Assembly (NCBI GenBank): GCA_030704615.1
Contig: CM060734.1
Coordinates: 52,142,001 to 52,206,000, forward strand
Length of the DNA: 64,000 bases
Origin: Takakia lepidozioides
Lineage: Eukaryota > Plantae > Bryophyta
Reading direction: 5' to 3'
Shown: in pieces, positions 63,108-64,000 of the stretch
How positions within the stretch are numbered: position 1 is the stretch's first letter
Layout of the letters: each line of letters begins with the position of its first letter
Translations under genes and position numbers: made by a program
Notes under the pieces: model-generated
Database searches by the model: none
What the model saw: the letters and a program-made list of their open reading frames with translations, nothing else
What the model was told of the DNA's origin: nothing

Positions 63108-64000
63108 AGTTTTGGATTGGCGCGTCAGGCCCAGCCTCAGGGAAGAGCGACTGAGGTCTGGCTAGCTTGTCTGTCTCACCCAAATAATGAACAGTACACT
63201 TGGGGAGCTGACCAGCATGCGCTGTAGCTCTAAACTCTCATTGTGCTAGAAGCTCGTGTTTGCCGATCCGTTGCATGCCTGCGTTTCGTGAATTTTCACT
63301 TGAGGAGCCTCCCAACAGTCAAACCTGCACAAGATAATATAATGGGTTTTGTCAGTTGTCGTCCGAAATGGTCCTTGAAGCAAGGAATACACGGTAAAGA
63401 CTTCTACACAAAAGACGAATTCGCTGTCGGCCAGAGCGACATCGAAGCCCTGAGCCGACATCTAAGAATCAGCGATCCACCAAGCTTGCAGTGTTCAGTT
63501 TGCGGTAAGTCAGAGAGCTCAATTGTGCAAACACACGTACAAAGACAGGAAAGCAGAGCTGGAGGCGAGGTCAAGTGGAGCACAGGGAAGTGTGTGCGGA
63601 GGAGGAGTGATGTTGAAAGCAAGCTTTTATGCGTTGCGTGTGTGTGGGCCCCGAGTGGCGTTCAAGTGATCAGATCTTTGTGATGAGGTCAACTAACATT
63701 CCTAAGTTAGGCCTTCAATCTAGCTTACCTCCACTTTTTCATTAACTAATTCATTCATCCCTTTGATTTACACAACTTGAGAATGGTGCACCGCCAAGGT
63801 GGGCCCCGAGGGGAGGGGGGCTTTTGGCTGCGTAAAGACAAGAGGGTTCTTTCCAGAAGTCGTGGATGGCTGAGATCTCTTGAAGATCGGGGTGGATGGC
63901 TCAGATCCCAGAGCTAAAATAAAAGAATTGAGTTGAGAAAAGGAAACATGGCATGGGTAAGATCTAAGATCCCACTACAATCCCCGCCCTAGGGATCTAC

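Noticed and set aside
63243-63683. 146-aa ORF upstream of CCD7
   Set aside because: Non-ATG start, no recognisable domain and no splice support.

Overview
Repeat-rich nuclear DNA from a land plant; a non-seed, probably bryophyte-grade lineage is my inference. Host genes lie near the ends: a divergent 8-exon AUX1/LAX-like permease (1092-5763, -), a putative spliced pipsqueak/CENP-B-type HTH gene (~51.4-55.1 kb, +) and a CCD7/MAX3-like carotenoid cleavage dioxygenase (57097-63107, -). The centre holds three related, degenerate Ty3/Gypsy-type retroelements (E1 8126-19821, E2 21001-30951, E3 33963-45863) that share four unusual traits. (1) A DNMT3-like C5 cytosine methyltransferase domain sits between protease and RT. 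(2) A PHD finger ends the integrase. (3) The terminal repeats are split, in sense order A-PBS-internal-PPT-B-gc-A-B, around the palindrome GACAGCTGTC, with 4-bp target duplications. (4) The PBS is not a tRNA site but is complementary to a hairpin loop inside the element's own repeat, suggesting self-priming. E3 carries captured MAD1 and RPL12 fragments. E1 is internally inverted and interrupted by Copia and Gypsy debris. LINE, SINE, MITE and tandem-repeat remnants fill the rest. Parts of E2 and E3 look like error-rich assembly consensus. All alignments were done by eye; no database searches were run.
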